Origin: an uncultured Verrucomicrobiae bacterium
GTDB taxonomy: Bacteria > Verrucomicrobiota > Verrucomicrobiia > Chthoniobacterales > Chthoniobacteraceae
Length of the DNA: 64,000 nt
Assembly: GCA_963828525.1 (NCBI GenBank)
Contig: CAWHEP010000011.1
Location: 96,001 to 160,000 of the forward strand
Direction of reading: 5' to 3'
Part shown: positions 11,293 through 21,739 of the stretch, piece after piece
How the letters are laid out: each line of letters begins with the position of its first letter
How positions within the stretch are numbered: position 1 is the first letter of the stretch
Notes under the pieces: model-generated
What the model saw: only the letters and a program-made list of their open reading frames with translations
Told to the model about the DNA's origin: nothing
Database searches by the model: none
Position numbers and translations under genes: made by a program

Positions 11293-13026
11293 ATGCAGAA
11301 GAAACTTTTCACGGAGCTCGGGCTTTCTCCCGAAATCCTCAAGGCGGTTGAACGGGCCGGGTTTGAAGAGGCGTCCCCCATCCAATCGCAAACCATCCCG
11401 GCCTTGCTCGCGGGATCTGATGTCGTGGGCCAGTCGCAGACAGGCTCTGGGAAGACAGCCGCTTACGCTTTACCAGCAATCGAACTTGTGGACAGCAGGC
11501 TGCGGTCGCCGCAGGCGCTGATCCTCTGTCCCACGCGCGAACTGGCAGTGCAAGTGGCGGAAGAGGTGGCCAGGTTTGCGGCGTTCAAGAGGGGCGTTCG
11601 CGAGCTGCCGATCTACGGCGGCCAGTCTTACGAGCGGCAGTTTCGGGGATTGCAGAACGGCGCCCAGATCATCATTGGCACACCGGGTCGCGTGATGGAT
11701 CACTTGGGGCGCGGAACGTTGCGCCTTGATCAACTGAAGATGGTGGTGCTCGACGAGGCGGATCGCATGCTTGATATGGGCTTCCTCGAGGATATCCGCG
11801 CCATCCTGGGTCACGCCCCCGCGGGCAGGCAGACGGTCTTCTTCTCGGCCACTCTCCCCCGGCCCATACAGGAACTTATCAATCAGTTTACGCGCGACCC
11901 GGTGAGAGTCTGCATCGAGACAGAGGCGCTCACTATGCCGGCGATAGACCAAGTCTATTATGAGGTGGATCGCCGTTCGAAACTCGAGGTGCTTTGCCGT
12001 CTCATCGACTATCAGGATGTGAAGTTCGCTCTCATTTTTTGCGCGACCAAGATGATGGTCGATGACCTTGTCGAGCATCTCATTGCCCGCGGTTACGCGG
12101 CGGACAAACTGCACGGCGACATGTCCCAGCCCCTGCGCGAGCGGGTGATGGCAAAGTTCCGCAAGCACGGAATCGAATTCCTTGTGGCAACCGATGTGGC
12201 GGCCCGCGGATTGGACATTGACGATATAGAAGTTGTTTTCAACTACGACCTGCCGCACGACGGAGAGGACTACCTGCACCGCATTGGGCGAACCGGCCGG
12301 GCCGGGCGCAAGGGACGCGCAGTCACGTTCGTGGCCGGTCGAGAGATTTACAGGCTCCAAAACATTGTCCGTTTTACCAAAGGCAACATCCGTCGCGAGC
12401 GGGTGCCCAGCGCCGAACAAGTAGAAGAAAAGCGCGCCAATGTGTTTCTTGATCTGCTTCGCGAGACGTTGGAGAAGGGTGAATTCAAACGACAGGACGC
12501 GCTGATCGAAGGCTTGCTCGATCAGGGCCACTCGCCCACTGACATCTCTTCCGCTCTGCTCCACCTGCTTGCAAAAGAAGGCCCGCGAGGGAACGAGCGT
12601 CCAGCGGAGCCGGCTAAAATCGAACCGCGGGGGTATCCTCCCCGTGGCGAGGACTCACGTTCGTCAAACGGGCGCGGCCGCGATCCCGTCGGAAGCCCGC
12701 CAGCGCGTGAACGCGGGAAGGGAGCGCCTCAGAAGCCAAGGAAAAGCTCCTCCCAGGAGGTGCGCGCGGTTGGCGTTCTTTCAAGCGAGCCCGGCATGCT
12801 TAGGCTCGCGCTAAATTTAGGGCAGGATCAAGACGTCGTCGCTGGAGACGTGGCCGGAGTCATGTTCGGCGCGGCAAAAGTGCCGAAGGAATGTGTCGGC
12901 GCCATTCACCTCCTGCCAACAAAAACCCTTGTCGATGTGGCCGAGGATTACGCGAATGTGGTTCTGAAGAAGTTGAATGGAATCACCTTCAAAGGACGCA
13001 AGCTTGCGATCAAGGTCTCGGAGTGA
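11293..13026 (+). CDS. deaD: DEAD-box RNA helicase (DeaD/CsdA type) with C-terminal DbpA RNA-binding domain
   Basis: Q motif, GSGKT, PTRELA, DEAD, SAT and HRIGRTGR motifs; DbpA-like C-terminus. Confidence 0.9.
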   Translation: MQKKLFTELGLSPEILKAVERAGFEEASPIQSQTIPALLAGSDVVGQSQTGSGKTAAYALPAIELVDSRLRSPQALILCPTRELAVQVAEEVARFAAFKRGVRELPIYGGQSYERQFRGLQNGAQIIIGTPGRVMDHLGRGTLRLDQLKMVVLDEADRMLDMGFLEDIRAILGHAPAGRQTVFFSATLPRPIQELINQFTRDPVRVCIETEALTMPAIDQVYYEVDRRSKLEVLCRLIDYQDVKFALIFCATKMMVDDLVEHLIARGYAADKLHGDMSQPLRERVMAKFRKHGIEFLVATDVAARGLDIDDIEVVFNYDLPHDGEDYLHRIGRTGRAGRKGRAVTFVAGREIYRLQNIVRFTKGNIRRERVPSAEQVEEKRANVFLDLLRETLEKGEFKRQDALIEGLLDQGHSPTDISSALLHLLAKEGPRGNERPAEPAKIEPRGYPPRGEDSRSSNGRGRDPVGSPPARERGKGAPQKPRKSSSQEVRAVGVLSSEPGMLRLALNLGQDQDVVAGDVAGVMFGAAKVPKECVGAIHLLPTKTLVDVAEDYANVVLKKLNGITFKGRKLAIKVSE

Positions 13027-13047
13027 TCCGGCTCGGCTGAAGATTGC

Positions 13048-14343
13048 TCAGTCCTGAAGCGTCCAGATCGTCTTGCCGCTCACGATTGTCCTCACCGCGC
13101 GCCCTTTGAGCTCCATGCCTTCGAACGGCGTGTTACGTGACCGTGAAGAAAAGTTATCCTTTTTCACGACCCATTCCCGATCCGCGTCAATGAGTGTGAC
13201 GTCCGCCTCCGAACCAGGGGATAACGTGCCGCGATCCAGGCCGAGGAGGCGCGCAGGGTTGATGGTGAACATTTCGACGAGTCTGAACATGTCCAGAGCC
13301 TTCTTCTTATGCGCGAGGATATCGATGAAGATGCCCAACTCTGTTTCGAGTCCAACGATTCCGAACGGAGCACAGTCGAACTCGACTTCTTTTTCGTAGT
13401 CGCAATGCGGCGCATGATCGCTGGCGAGGATCGTGATGGTGCCATCGGCGATGCCCTCGATGAGAGCGTCGACATCCCTGTCTTCGCGCAAAGGTGGGTT
13501 CATCTTGAAGTTTGTGTCGTATCCCCGGAGGCACTCATCCGTGAGCGCGATATGATGAGGACAGACCTCGCCGGAAATCCTGACGCCGCGCGCCCGCGCT
13601 TCCCGCAAAAGGCGGATGCTTCCGGCGGCGCTCAGATGCTGGCAGTGAATGGGCGAGTCGCAAAGCTCCGCAAGAAGGATGTTCCGCATCACGATGAGTT
13701 CCTCGCCCGCGGAGGGCCATCCCGGAAGTCCCAGCACGGAGCTCCAATACCCCTCATGCATGACGCCCTTGCCGACGAGGCTGTAATCCTGGCAGTGATC
13801 CATTATAACCAGGTCAAACATTCTCGCGTATTCCAGCGCGCGACGCATGACTTCGTGGTTCTGGACGCAATGCCCGTCGTCGGTGAGCGCGACGATGCCT
13901 GCCCGGTGCATTGAACCGATCGGGGCAAGTTCCTCTCCCGCCAAACCCTTGGTGATCGCTCCAGTCGGAAACACGTTCACACATGCTTCACGCGCGGCCC
14001 GCTCCTTGATCCATGCAATGACGCTTGAATTGTCGGCTGCCGGCAGGGTGTTGGGCATGCACACCACCGATGTGAATCCACCTGCCGCCGCGGCTCTGGT
14101 TCCTGTCGCAATGGTTTCCTTGGCGGATTGCCCCGGCTCCCGCAGATGCGCGTGGATATCAATCAGGCCGGGACACACGAGGAGTCCAGTGGCGTCAATG
14201 ATTTCCAGATCCTCGGAGTAGACGCGGGATTTGCCCTCGAAGTCGATCCTCTCGACCTTTCCATCCTTCAGATAGAGATCACCAACGCGGTTTATGCCGT
14301 TGGCTGGATCAACGATGTGGCCGTTGGTGATGAGGGTGCTCAT
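13048..14343 (-). CDS. pyrC: Dihydroorotase
   Basis: [21 protein letters not shown] and ASDHAPH motifs; operon with pyrB. Confidence 0.95.
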   Translation of the reverse strand: MSTLITNGHIVDPANGINRVGDLYLKDGKVERIDFEGKSRVYSEDLEIIDATGLLVCPGLIDIHAHLREPGQSAKETIATGTRAAAAGGFTSVVCMPNTLPAADNSSVIAWIKERAAREACVNVFPTGAITKGLAGEELAPIGSMHRAGIVALTDDGHCVQNHEVMRRALEYARMFDLVIMDHCQDYSLVGKGVMHEGYWSSVLGLPGWPSAGEELIVMRNILLAELCDSPIHCQHLSAAGSIRLLREARARGVRISGEVCPHHIALTDECLRGYDTNFKMNPPLREDRDVDALIEGIADGTITILASDHAPHCDYEKEVEFDCAPFGIVGLETELGIFIDILAHKKKALDMFRLVEMFTINPARLLGLDRGTLSPGSEADVTLIDADREWVVKKDNFSSRSRNTPFEGMELKGRAVRTIVSGKTIWTLQD

Positions 14344-15302
14344 CCCGCTGTTTCCTTCTCCGGGCTGATGGGGCCGCCGCCGGCGCAGAGATATAGAACC
14401 GCCATCCGCACCGCGAGGCCGTTTGTGACCTGGTCGAGGATCACGCTGCGAGGGCTGTCGGCGATCTCGCTGTCAATTTCGACTCCCCGATTAATCGGCC
14501 CCGGGTGCATGATGAGGCAGTCCGGTTTCAGTCTTTCCGCCCTCTCCTTCGTCAATCCGAAGAGGTTTACGTATTCGGCCAAGCTGGGGAAGAATTGCTT
14601 TTGTTGCCTCTCGTGCTGAATCCGCAACAAGTTGACCACATCTGCTTCCGCCAGAACGTCATCGATCCGATTTGAGATTGAGACGCCCATTCTAAGAAAA
14701 GTCCGCGGCACCAGGGTGCTTGGCCCAACCAGCGTCACCTTGGCCCCAAGCTTCAGGAGTGCCCATATATTCGATCTGGCGACGCGGCTGAAAAGAATGT
14801 CGCCGATGATCGCCACGCGCAACCCCTCGATGGGGCCTCTCTTTTCCCGGATGGTAAACACATCCAGGAGGGCCTGCGTGGGGTGTTCGTGCGCGCCATC
14901 TCCAGCATTCACCACACTGGCCTGCAGTCGTTCGGCGAGGAATTGCGCGGCGCCCGCTGATTGATGGCGCAACACGATGATATCCGCGTGCAGGGCTTGA
15001 AGGTTCAACGCCGTATCCTTCAGCGTTTCTCCCTTCGTAAGGCTGGAGGTGGATGCCGAGATGTTGATGACATCGGCGCTCAGACGGAAGGCAGCGAGTT
15101 CAAAGGACGTCCTTGTGCGCGTGCTGGGTTCCACGAAGAAATTCACCAGCGTTTTGCCCCGGAGCGCTGGCACCTTCTTGATCTCCCGCGCCCCGATCTG
15201 TTTGAAAGCGGCGGCGGTATCCAGCATGCGCGTGATCTCGGCGGCATCCAGATCCTGCATCCCCAAAAGATCTTTGCGCCAGGTCATTCCCGTGAGAGCC
15301 AA
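14340..15302 (-). CDS. pyrB: Aspartate carbamoyltransferase catalytic subunit
   Basis: [26 protein letters not shown] and [11 protein letters not shown] motifs. Confidence 0.97.
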   Translation of the reverse strand: MALTGMTWRKDLLGMQDLDAAEITRMLDTAAAFKQIGAREIKKVPALRGKTLVNFFVEPSTRTRTSFELAAFRLSADVINISASTSSLTKGETLKDTALNLQALHADIIVLRHQSAGAAQFLAERLQASVVNAGDGAHEHPTQALLDVFTIREKRGPIEGLRVAIIGDILFSRVARSNIWALLKLGAKVTLVGPSTLVPRTFLRMGVSISNRIDDVLAEADVVNLLRIQHERQQKQFFPSLAEYVNLFGLTKERAERLKPDCLIMHPGPINRGVEIDSEIADSPRSVILDQVTNGLAVRMAVLYLCAGGGPISPEKETAG

Positions 15303-15841
15303 ACCGAGTCGGGCATGGAATCCACCGTCTCCAGGCGCACGTACACCCGCTGTTTCGAAGAAGTGGGCAGGTTCTTCCCGACATAGTCGGGGCGGATGGG
15401 GAGTTCCCTGTGCCCGCGGTCAACCAGCACGGCGAGCTGTATGCGTTGTGGTCTTCCAAACGAGACGATCGCGTCCAGCGCGGCGCGGCACGTGCGGCCG
15501 GTGTAAAAGACATCGTCTGTAAGGATGACGGTGCGACCCTCGAGGTTCAGCGGAAGTTTGGAAACCTCCACGGGCGATAGTCCTCGCCTCATGCGAATAT
15601 CGTCCCGATGCATCGAAACATCGATAACGCCAAACTCCATGCGAAAGCTCTCGATCTGTTCCACGAGAGCAATCAGCCGGCGGGCGATCTCGACGCCGCG
15701 GGAAGGGATGCCAGCCACAACGGCATCCTTTAAATTCGGCACATTCTCGACAATCTCGTGCGCGATTCTCCTCAGCGCGCGGTCTATCGCGGCAGCATCG
15801 AGGATGAGGACAGCAGAGGAGGGAGGAGGGGGTGACGGCAT
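15284..15841 (-). CDS. pyrR: Bifunctional pyrimidine regulator/uracil phosphoribosyltransferase
   Basis: [18 protein letters not shown] and [18 protein letters not shown] motifs. Confidence 0.96.
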   Translation of the reverse strand: MPSPPPPSSAVLILDAAAIDRALRRIAHEIVENVPNLKDAVVAGIPSRGVEIARRLIALVEQIESFRMEFGVIDVSMHRDDIRMRRGLSPVEVSKLPLNLEGRTVILTDDVFYTGRTCRAALDAIVSFGRPQRIQLAVLVDRGHRELPIRPDYVGKNLPTSSKQRVYVRLETVDSMPDSVWLSRE

Positions 15842-15843
15842 AG

Positions 15844-15876
15844 TCCTTGGCGACCTCTCTGGATCGCTTTAAAGGA
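15844..15876 (-). promoter_or_regulatory. PyrR-binding RNA stem-loop overlapping the pyrR ribosome-binding site
   Basis: The minus strand reads UCCUUUAAAGCGAUCCAGAGAGGUCGCCAAGGA, with the CUUUAA bulge and UCCNGNGAGGY loop typical of PyrR sites. Its 3' arm AAGGA sits 2 nt before the ATG. Confidence 0.85.
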
Positions 15877-15913
15877 GCAGTGTCTCTGGCGGTTATTTAC
15901 GTCATGAAACTAT

Positions 15914-16147
15914 TTAGGCGCGGTTCGCCGCCTTTTGCCGGCGTTCCCTCCATGCCGAACGGTATTTCACGATCCAGTCGAGCAGAGCCTTTTCGAAACC
16001 GATGTCATGCCCCACTTTTTCACTCTCGATCCACTTGTGACGCAGGATTTCTTCGCGCTCGGCCAGGAATTCCTTATACAAAACGGAGTTCTTGACCAGG
16101 TCCGAGTTTTCCTCTTTCTGGGATTCGATAGTCATTGTGCTTTTCAT
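15914..16147 (-). CDS. Small DUF4032-like protein
   Basis: EILRHKWIESEKVGHDIGFEKALLDW motif. Confidence 0.75.
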   Translation of the reverse strand: MKSTMTIESQKEENSDLVKNSVLYKEFLAEREEILRHKWIESEKVGHDIGFEKALLDWIVKYRSAWRERRQKAANRA

Positions 16148-16280
16148 GAGAGCGAGAGCCGTCGAAGGTTATACGGCAGCAGGGATGGGACAGATGACCT
16201 TCCTATATGGAAATTCAGACGAGGGCAAGGGAACATTCATTCGATATGACAAGAGTCATTCCTCAGCCTCTTGAAATTGT

Positions 16281-17327
16281 TCAACTGGGCAGCAGTTCTC
16301 TCAGTCTCTTGGCGATACCGAAGAATTCCTGACTCACCAGGCAGCGCGGATCCTGAACGCCAATTGGCTGCCCGCGATCCCCGGCCTCTCGGGTGGCGAT
16401 GTCGATCGGAATCTGTCCCAAAAGAGGAACGCGCAAGCGCGCGGCCTCGCGCTGCCCGCCTCCGGTGCCAAAGATGTCATAGCGGGTGTTGTCCTTCGGG
16501 CAGACAAAGTAGCTCATGTTCTCGACCAAACCGAGCACGGGCACGTTGACACGCGCGAACATCGCGGAAGCCTTCCGCGCGTCTATGAGCGCCATCTCCT
16601 GTGGAGTGGTTACGATCACGGCGCCAGAGAGCGCGACTGTCTGGACGATCGTGAGCTGGATATCACCCGTCCCAGGGGGAAGGTCGAGCACCAAAAAATC
16701 GAGCGTTCCCCATTCCACATTTCGCAGGAACTGCTGGGTATAGCGCGTCACCATCGGGCCGCGCAGGATCACAGGGGAGTCATCTTCGAGAAGGAAGCCC
16801 ATCGACATGAGCTTTAAATCGCAAGCCTCAATCGGCAGAATCCGGTTATCCTCGGTGCCCATCGGACGCTCGCGGGAGCCGAACATTAGCGGCACGCTTG
16901 GTCCGTAAAGATCGCAATCGCACAACCCGACCGCCGCGCCCGTCCGCTGCAGTGCCACGGCTAGATTTGCGGCGACCGTTGATTTGCCGACTCCACCCTT
17001 GCCGCTGGCAACCGCGATGATGTGCTTCACCCCGGGTATGGCAGAGGCGCCTGTTCCCGCTGTCTGCGCTGGCGCCTGGATGTCTATCTTTACCTGAACC
17101 TTGCCTACTCCCTTTATGGCCCGCAAAGCCTCCTCGCTTTCCGTTTTGATAGCCTGCGGCACCGCCGGATCGCTCGTGGCGATCGACATCTGGACCACGA
17201 CATCCGAGCCTTTGATTTCGGTGCTCTTGATCAGCCCGAAAGAAACGATGTCCCGGCTAAAGCCAGGGTATTTAACGGTCGCGAGGCGGCTCTTGACGAG
17301 CTCCTCCGTGATTCGCGTCTGAAACAT
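16281..17327 (-). CDS. apbC: Mrp/NBP35 (ApbC) Fe-S carrier ATPase with N-terminal DUF59
   Basis: GKGGVGKST, DLYGPS, DLPPGTGD and ENMSYFVCP motifs. Confidence 0.93.
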   Translation of the reverse strand: MFQTRITEELVKSRLATVKYPGFSRDIVSFGLIKSTEIKGSDVVVQMSIATSDPAVPQAIKTESEEALRAIKGVGKVQVKIDIQAPAQTAGTGASAIPGVKHIIAVASGKGGVGKSTVAANLAVALQRTGAAVGLCDCDLYGPSVPLMFGSRERPMGTEDNRILPIEACDLKLMSMGFLLEDDSPVILRGPMVTRYTQQFLRNVEWGTLDFLVLDLPPGTGDIQLTIVQTVALSGAVIVTTPQEMALIDARKASAMFARVNVPVLGLVENMSYFVCPKDNTRYDIFGTGGGQREAARLRVPLLGQIPIDIATREAGDRGQPIGVQDPRCLVSQEFFGIAKRLRELLPS

Positions 17328-17336
17328 CTCCCCGCT

Positions 17337-18739
17337 TCAGTATCGCTTCCGCATGTTGCTCGGGAGGATATTCAACTCATTCCGGTACTTCGCCACCGTG
17401 CGGCGCGCGATCGGAATTCCCCGCCCGCTCAGTATTTCGACGATCTCCTTGTCGCTCAGAGGGTTCTTGGATGACTCTTCCTTAACGAGGATCGAGATGG
17501 CGTCCTTGACACTGGTATTGCTCATCGTCTCCCCGCCCGCCGTCTGGTAGCCGGGAGTAAAGAAATACTTCATCTCGAATACGCCCTGCGGGGTGGCGAT
17601 GTACTTGCTGGAGATGGCACGGCTGACGGTGGTCTCATGCACTCCTACAGCCTCGGCTATCTGCACCATGGTCAACGGCTTCAACGATGCTGGGCCTTTT
17701 TCCAGGAATTCCGTCTGCCGCGAAACAATCTCATGCGCGATGTTGGATATGGTTTGCTGCCGTTGGTGGATGCTCTTGATCAGGAACTTGCCGCTGCGAA
17801 TCTTGTCGCGGATGTAATCCTTGACGTCGGTGCCGTTCCCGTCTTGCGCCATCAGGTCTTTATACGTGTTGCTGATGCGGAGATGGGGAATCTGTTCCCC
17901 GTTGAGAGTGATCGTGTAGCCGGTCCCGATTTTCTCTACGTTGACGTCCGGAAGGACGTAGTTGTTTGGATCCGGGGTGAATATCTGGCCCGGTTTGGGG
18001 TCCAGCGTCGCAATGAAATTCGCGCACCTCTGGATTTGTTCGACCGTCGTCCCCAAACGCCGGGCGATTTCTGGGAAACGGCGCTTGCCCAAGTCGTCAA
18101 TATGATGCGCGACGATGCGGAATTCCAAGTTTGCTCCTTGCCCAACCGGCGGAGCTGAATCAACAGGCAGTCCTTCAAGTCGCGCGCTCCGACCCCCACA
18201 GGGTGGAACGTCTGAACGACCATAAGAACGCGTTCGAGATCGGCAGGGTCAGCGCCGCTGTTTAAAGCCATGTCTTCCGGCGAAGTTTGCAAAAAGCCGA
18301 GTTCATCGATATTTCCGATAATCATCTCAGCCAACTTGCGATCATCGGAACTGAGATCGCTGCTTTGAACCTGATCGATAAGGTGCTGCTGCAGGGTCTC
18401 CTGGCTGATGATGGAGTCGAAAAAGAACTGACGCCGTTCTTCCTCCTCCTGTGACCGGCCAGAATACGTATTATTCTGCGCCATGTAGTCGCGCCACTCT
18501 TCGTCAAGCTTTGCAAGCCGTTCGAATTCTTCCTTAAACTCATCCTGATCACGCTGGCGATCCTCGATGGAAGGTTCGGTGATTTCCTCTTCCAGGACAG
18601 GATTTGTTTGAAGCTCCTGCTGCACGAGGTTCCGGAGTTCCAGCATGGGTACCTGCAGGATCTGCAGGCTTTGCTGGAGCTGAGGCGCCAGCACCTGCTG
18701 CATGGAGAGGTTTTGGACCTGTTGCATGCCTTGAGCCAT
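17337..18739 (-). CDS. rpoN: RNA polymerase sigma-54 factor; frameshift near 18128
   Basis: Gln-rich region I (PQLQQSLQILQ), PVGVGARDLKDCLLIQL, HETTVSRA and RpoN box ARRTVAKYR, split across two ORFs. Confidence 0.95.
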
Positions 18740-18772
18740 ATGATGAAGGTACAGTGTGAGAGCCTGTCCGCA

Positions 18773-18788
18773 AGCAGCAATCGCGCCA
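18773..18788 (-). promoter_or_regulatory. Sigma-54 -24/-12-like motif upstream of rpoN
   Basis: TGGCGCGATTGCTGCT has exact GG-N10-GC spacing and 2 mismatches to TGGCACG-N4-TTGCW; it lies about 34 nt before the rpoN ATG. Confidence 0.5.
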
Positions 18789-18859
18789 GAATGCGTAATG
18801 GCAAGCTTGTCGTGAGGGATGCTCGCGAAGCTGGCCTGCTTCGTGCTCTTCATATCCCC

Positions 18860-19102
18860 ATGCACAGCAAGTCTGCCTACTCTCTGGGTGCCGTCGCGTG
18901 CGCCCTGCTCTTGGCCTTTATAGCGCCACCGTCCTCGCGCGGAGACGCCGATCCTGATCCCGCTCTTCTCAGTTTGATCAAGGACGTCACTGCTCAGCAA
19001 AAAACAATCGTCGAGAATCAAGCGAAGATTGATGAGAAGCTTTCCGCCGCTACAGAAACGCTCAGGCAGGCGCGTATTTTCGTGTCACGCGGAGGGAGAT
19101 AG
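18860..19102 (+). CDS. Small secreted coiled-coil protein (80 aa)
   Basis: Signal peptide (LGAVACALLLAFIA), then a heptad helix QQKTIVENQAKIDEKL and a basic C-terminus. Confidence 0.7.
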   Translation: MHSKSAYSLGAVACALLLAFIAPPSSRGDADPDPALLSLIKDVTAQQKTIVENQAKIDEKLSAATETLRQARIFVSRGGR

Positions 19103-19103
19103 A

Positions 19104-19328
19104 ATGAAAAATCGCATTACAGGCTTTTACGTGGCACTGCTGCTCCTGCTCGGAACGCCGGCACTCAATTCCCAGTGGCCCTCGACGTATGTCGCCCCGA
19201 TCGACAGTCTCAAGGCGATCAAAGCGGCAAATGTGGAGTTGATCCAAAAACAGGAGAAGACTCTACAGGTTCTCGACGATCTGGAGAAAACTTCTCAAGA
19301 GATCAAGATCCGCGGCAAGCGGACCTAA
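19104..19328 (+). CDS. Small secreted coiled-coil protein (74 aa)
   Basis: GGAG upstream; signal peptide (FYVALLLLLG); heptad helix NVELIQKQEKTLQVLDDL; basic C-terminus. Confidence 0.7.
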   Translation: MKNRITGFYVALLLLLGTPALNSQWPSTYVAPIDSLKAIKAANVELIQKQEKTLQVLDDLEKTSQEIKIRGKRT

Positions 19329-19358
19329 GCTTCAAGCGCGACCTCGAGATCGGAGGAG

Positions 19359-20741
19359 TTACGCCTTCGCTTCAACTCGAGCAGATTTCACTTCGAGTTT
19401 GCGGTAGAGAGTGGCCATGCTGATGCCTAGCATCTTAGCCGCTCGTTCGCGCGAGTTTTCGTTGAATTTGATTGTTTCCTCGATGTAACGGCGTTCCTGA
19501 TCACGGATAAACTCGTCCAACGTCTGTCCGACAGGCATCTCTTGCTTCGCTGCCGGAATGGAAGCGCCGGACTGCCTGATCACGTGTGGCGGAAGGTCAG
19601 ACGCGCGGATCACGCCTTCTTCGCAAAGCGCGCAGGCGCGTTCGATGGCATTTTCAAGCTCCCTTACGTTACCCGGCCATCGGTAATGCGAGAGAATCTC
19701 AAGGGCTTTCGGATCGATCTTCCTCGGCTCCGAACCCGTTTGCGAAGCATTCTTGTTGAGAAAATGATTCACCAGCAGAGGGATGTCTTCGATCCGTTCG
19801 CGAAGCGCTGGCATCTCCAGCGGGATGACTGCCAGCCGGTAATATAAATCCTCGCGGAATTGGCCCGTCTTGATCTTCTCCTGAAGAGCTTCATTTGTGG
19901 CGGCCAGCACGCGCACGTTGATGGGCATGCTCTTTGTGTCTCCCACGCGGCGGATTTGACGCTCCTGCAGGACGCGAAGCAATTTTGTTTGAAGCGGCTG
20001 CGCCATCGAATTCACCTCATCGAGGAAGATAGTGCCCATATGCGCTTCTTCGAAGAGGCCTGTCTTATCCAGGGCTGCCCCGGTGAACGCCCCTTTCTTG
20101 TGGCCGAACAACTCCGACTCCAGCAGGTTCTCAGGAAGGGCGCTGCAGTTGATGGCGACGAAGGGCTGATGCTGTCTGCTGCTATTGAAATGCAACGCGC
20201 GCGCCACCAGTTCCTTGCCCGTGCCGCTCTCCCCTTGGATGAGGATTGTGCTGTCGGTATCCGCGACCTTTGCAATGAGGTTGTAAATCTCCTGCATGCT
20301 CTGGCTGGTGCCGATGATGTTCTCAAACCGATATCGCTCCTTCAGCTCCTTTTTGAGATAGACGTTTTCACGAACTGCGCTCTGAAAATCCAAAGCCCGC
20401 TGGATGGTCAACTGGAGTTCGTCGATTTTGAACGGCTTGGTAATGTAATCGTATGCGCCCAGCTTCATCGCTTCGATCGCGGTCTCAACTGAAGCGTACG
20501 CCGTAATCATGATCACAGCGGGTTGCGGATTCATCTCCCTGCACTCGCGGAGCACGTCGAATCCGCCAACTTTCTCCATCTTGATGTCCGTGATCACCGC
20601 CTGCGGGGCCACACTGTGGAGCGCGTCTATCGCTTTTTGCGCGGAGTTGTACGGGAAGACCTGGTGGCCCTTGTCTCGACACAAAGTCGAGATGACCTCC
20701 ACCATGGCCGGTTCATCATCAATGATCGCTATGCGTGCCAT
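19359..20741 (-). CDS. Sigma-54-dependent response regulator (NtrC family: REC-AAA-HTH)
   Basis: IIDDE receiver with TD, GESGTGKE, GAFTGA, FREDLYYRL, WPGNVRELEN and a Fis-type HTH. Confidence 0.95.
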   Translation of the reverse strand: MARIAIIDDEPAMVEVISTLCRDKGHQVFPYNSAQKAIDALHSVAPQAVITDIKMEKVGGFDVLRECREMNPQPAVIMITAYASVETAIEAMKLGAYDYITKPFKIDELQLTIQRALDFQSAVRENVYLKKELKERYRFENIIGTSQSMQEIYNLIAKVADTDSTILIQGESGTGKELVARALHFNSSRQHQPFVAINCSALPENLLESELFGHKKGAFTGAALDKTGLFEEAHMGTIFLDEVNSMAQPLQTKLLRVLQERQIRRVGDTKSMPINVRVLAATNEALQEKIKTGQFREDLYYRLAVIPLEMPALRERIEDIPLLVNHFLNKNASQTGSEPRKIDPKALEILSHYRWPGNVRELENAIERACALCEEGVIRASDLPPHVIRQSGASIPAAKQEMPVGQTLDEFIRDQERRYIEETIKFNENSRERAAKMLGISMATLYRKLEVKSARVEAKA

Positions 20742-20813
20742 AAGTTCTCAAAAAAGAGATAATCGCATTTGTGAGAAAGGAAAGTGATTTCCAGCAGAAT
20801 TACTCCAAAACGT

Positions 20814-21737
20814 TTAAAAACCTGTTGGAGTCGAGGCGAGGCGCGATAACCCGTATGTGAGGAGGAGCTTGCTGTCCTCCCAGATTCCGGGTCTGTTCGT
20901 GTGCATTACCACTGAGATCACCTCCCTGCCATCCTTCAGGGCCGAACTCACGAGCACCTGTTGGGCGGGGATTGTATAACCGGTCTTCAACCCGGTACAG
21001 CCAGGGTATTCCCACAGCAGGCGGTTGTGATTTCTGAGTTCCACGACTCCCGCCGGGCTGATCCAAGGGAAGCTGACGGTGGAAACTATGCGGCGGAAGA
21101 AAGGCTGCTGCATTGCCGCCCGAGCGATTAGGGCGAGATCGCGCGGCGTAGTGTAATGTTCCTTGTTATGCAGGCCATTTGGGTTGGCGAAGTGGCTGGA
21201 TGTGGCTCCCAATTCCCGCGCGCGAGTGTTCATCTTGGCCGCAAATGCTTCGATGCTCCCGGCGTTGTCTCGCGCCAGCGCGCGAGCGACGTCGTTCGCG
21301 CTCTTCAACATCATCCCGAAAAGGAGCTGCCTTCGAGTATACATTTCTCCGGGCTTGAGATCCAGAGAGCTTGGTTCCACCTGCGTATCCGGCAGCGTCA
21401 CCGTGACCTCCTGATCGAGATTGCCTTCCTCGATCACGATAAGGGCCGTGAGTATCTTCGTTGTGCTGGCCGGGTAAAAAGCCTGGGCGCAATTCTTCTG
21501 GTAAAGCGTCTCGCCCGTGAGGGCGTCGATCACGACCGCGCCCATGGCCGCAAGGGGCAATTCGCCCGGCGAAGGCGCGGGGCTGACCGCGGACGAACTC
21601 ACAGGATCAGGCGGCGTAATCCGCCGTCTCCTCGCCTCGGCTGTCTGTCCGACAAAAAGGAGCGCCAGACAGATTGCGCCCGTAAGCGCGATGCGCTGCT
21701 GGCGAGTCGAGCAGAAGCGACGGAGGGGAGGGCGCAT
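20814..21737 (-). CDS. D-alanyl-D-alanine carboxypeptidase (peptidase S11)
   Basis: PASTTK (SxxK), SAND (SxN) and GLKTGYT (KTG) motifs; signal peptide. Confidence 0.92.
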   Translation of the reverse strand: MRPPLRRFCSTRQQRIALTGAICLALLFVGQTAEARRRRITPPDPVSSSAVSPAPSPGELPLAAMGAVVIDALTGETLYQKNCAQAFYPASTTKILTALIVIEEGNLDQEVTVTLPDTQVEPSSLDLKPGEMYTRRQLLFGMMLKSANDVARALARDNAGSIEAFAAKMNTRARELGATSSHFANPNGLHNKEHYTTPRDLALIARAAMQQPFFRRIVSTVSFPWISPAGVVELRNHNRLLWEYPGCTGLKTGYTIPAQQVLVSSALKDGREVISVVMHTNRPGIWEDSKLLLTYGLSRLASTPTGF

Positions 21738-21739
21738 AG

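Noticed and set aside
16148..16280. Structured ncRNA in the apbC-DUF4032 spacer
   Set aside because: Only two short hairpins, with no recognisable family motif.
17337..18739. rpoN as a pseudogene or programmed frameshift
   Set aside because: There is no slippery motif, both halves are conserved, and the break matches the window-wide indel pattern.
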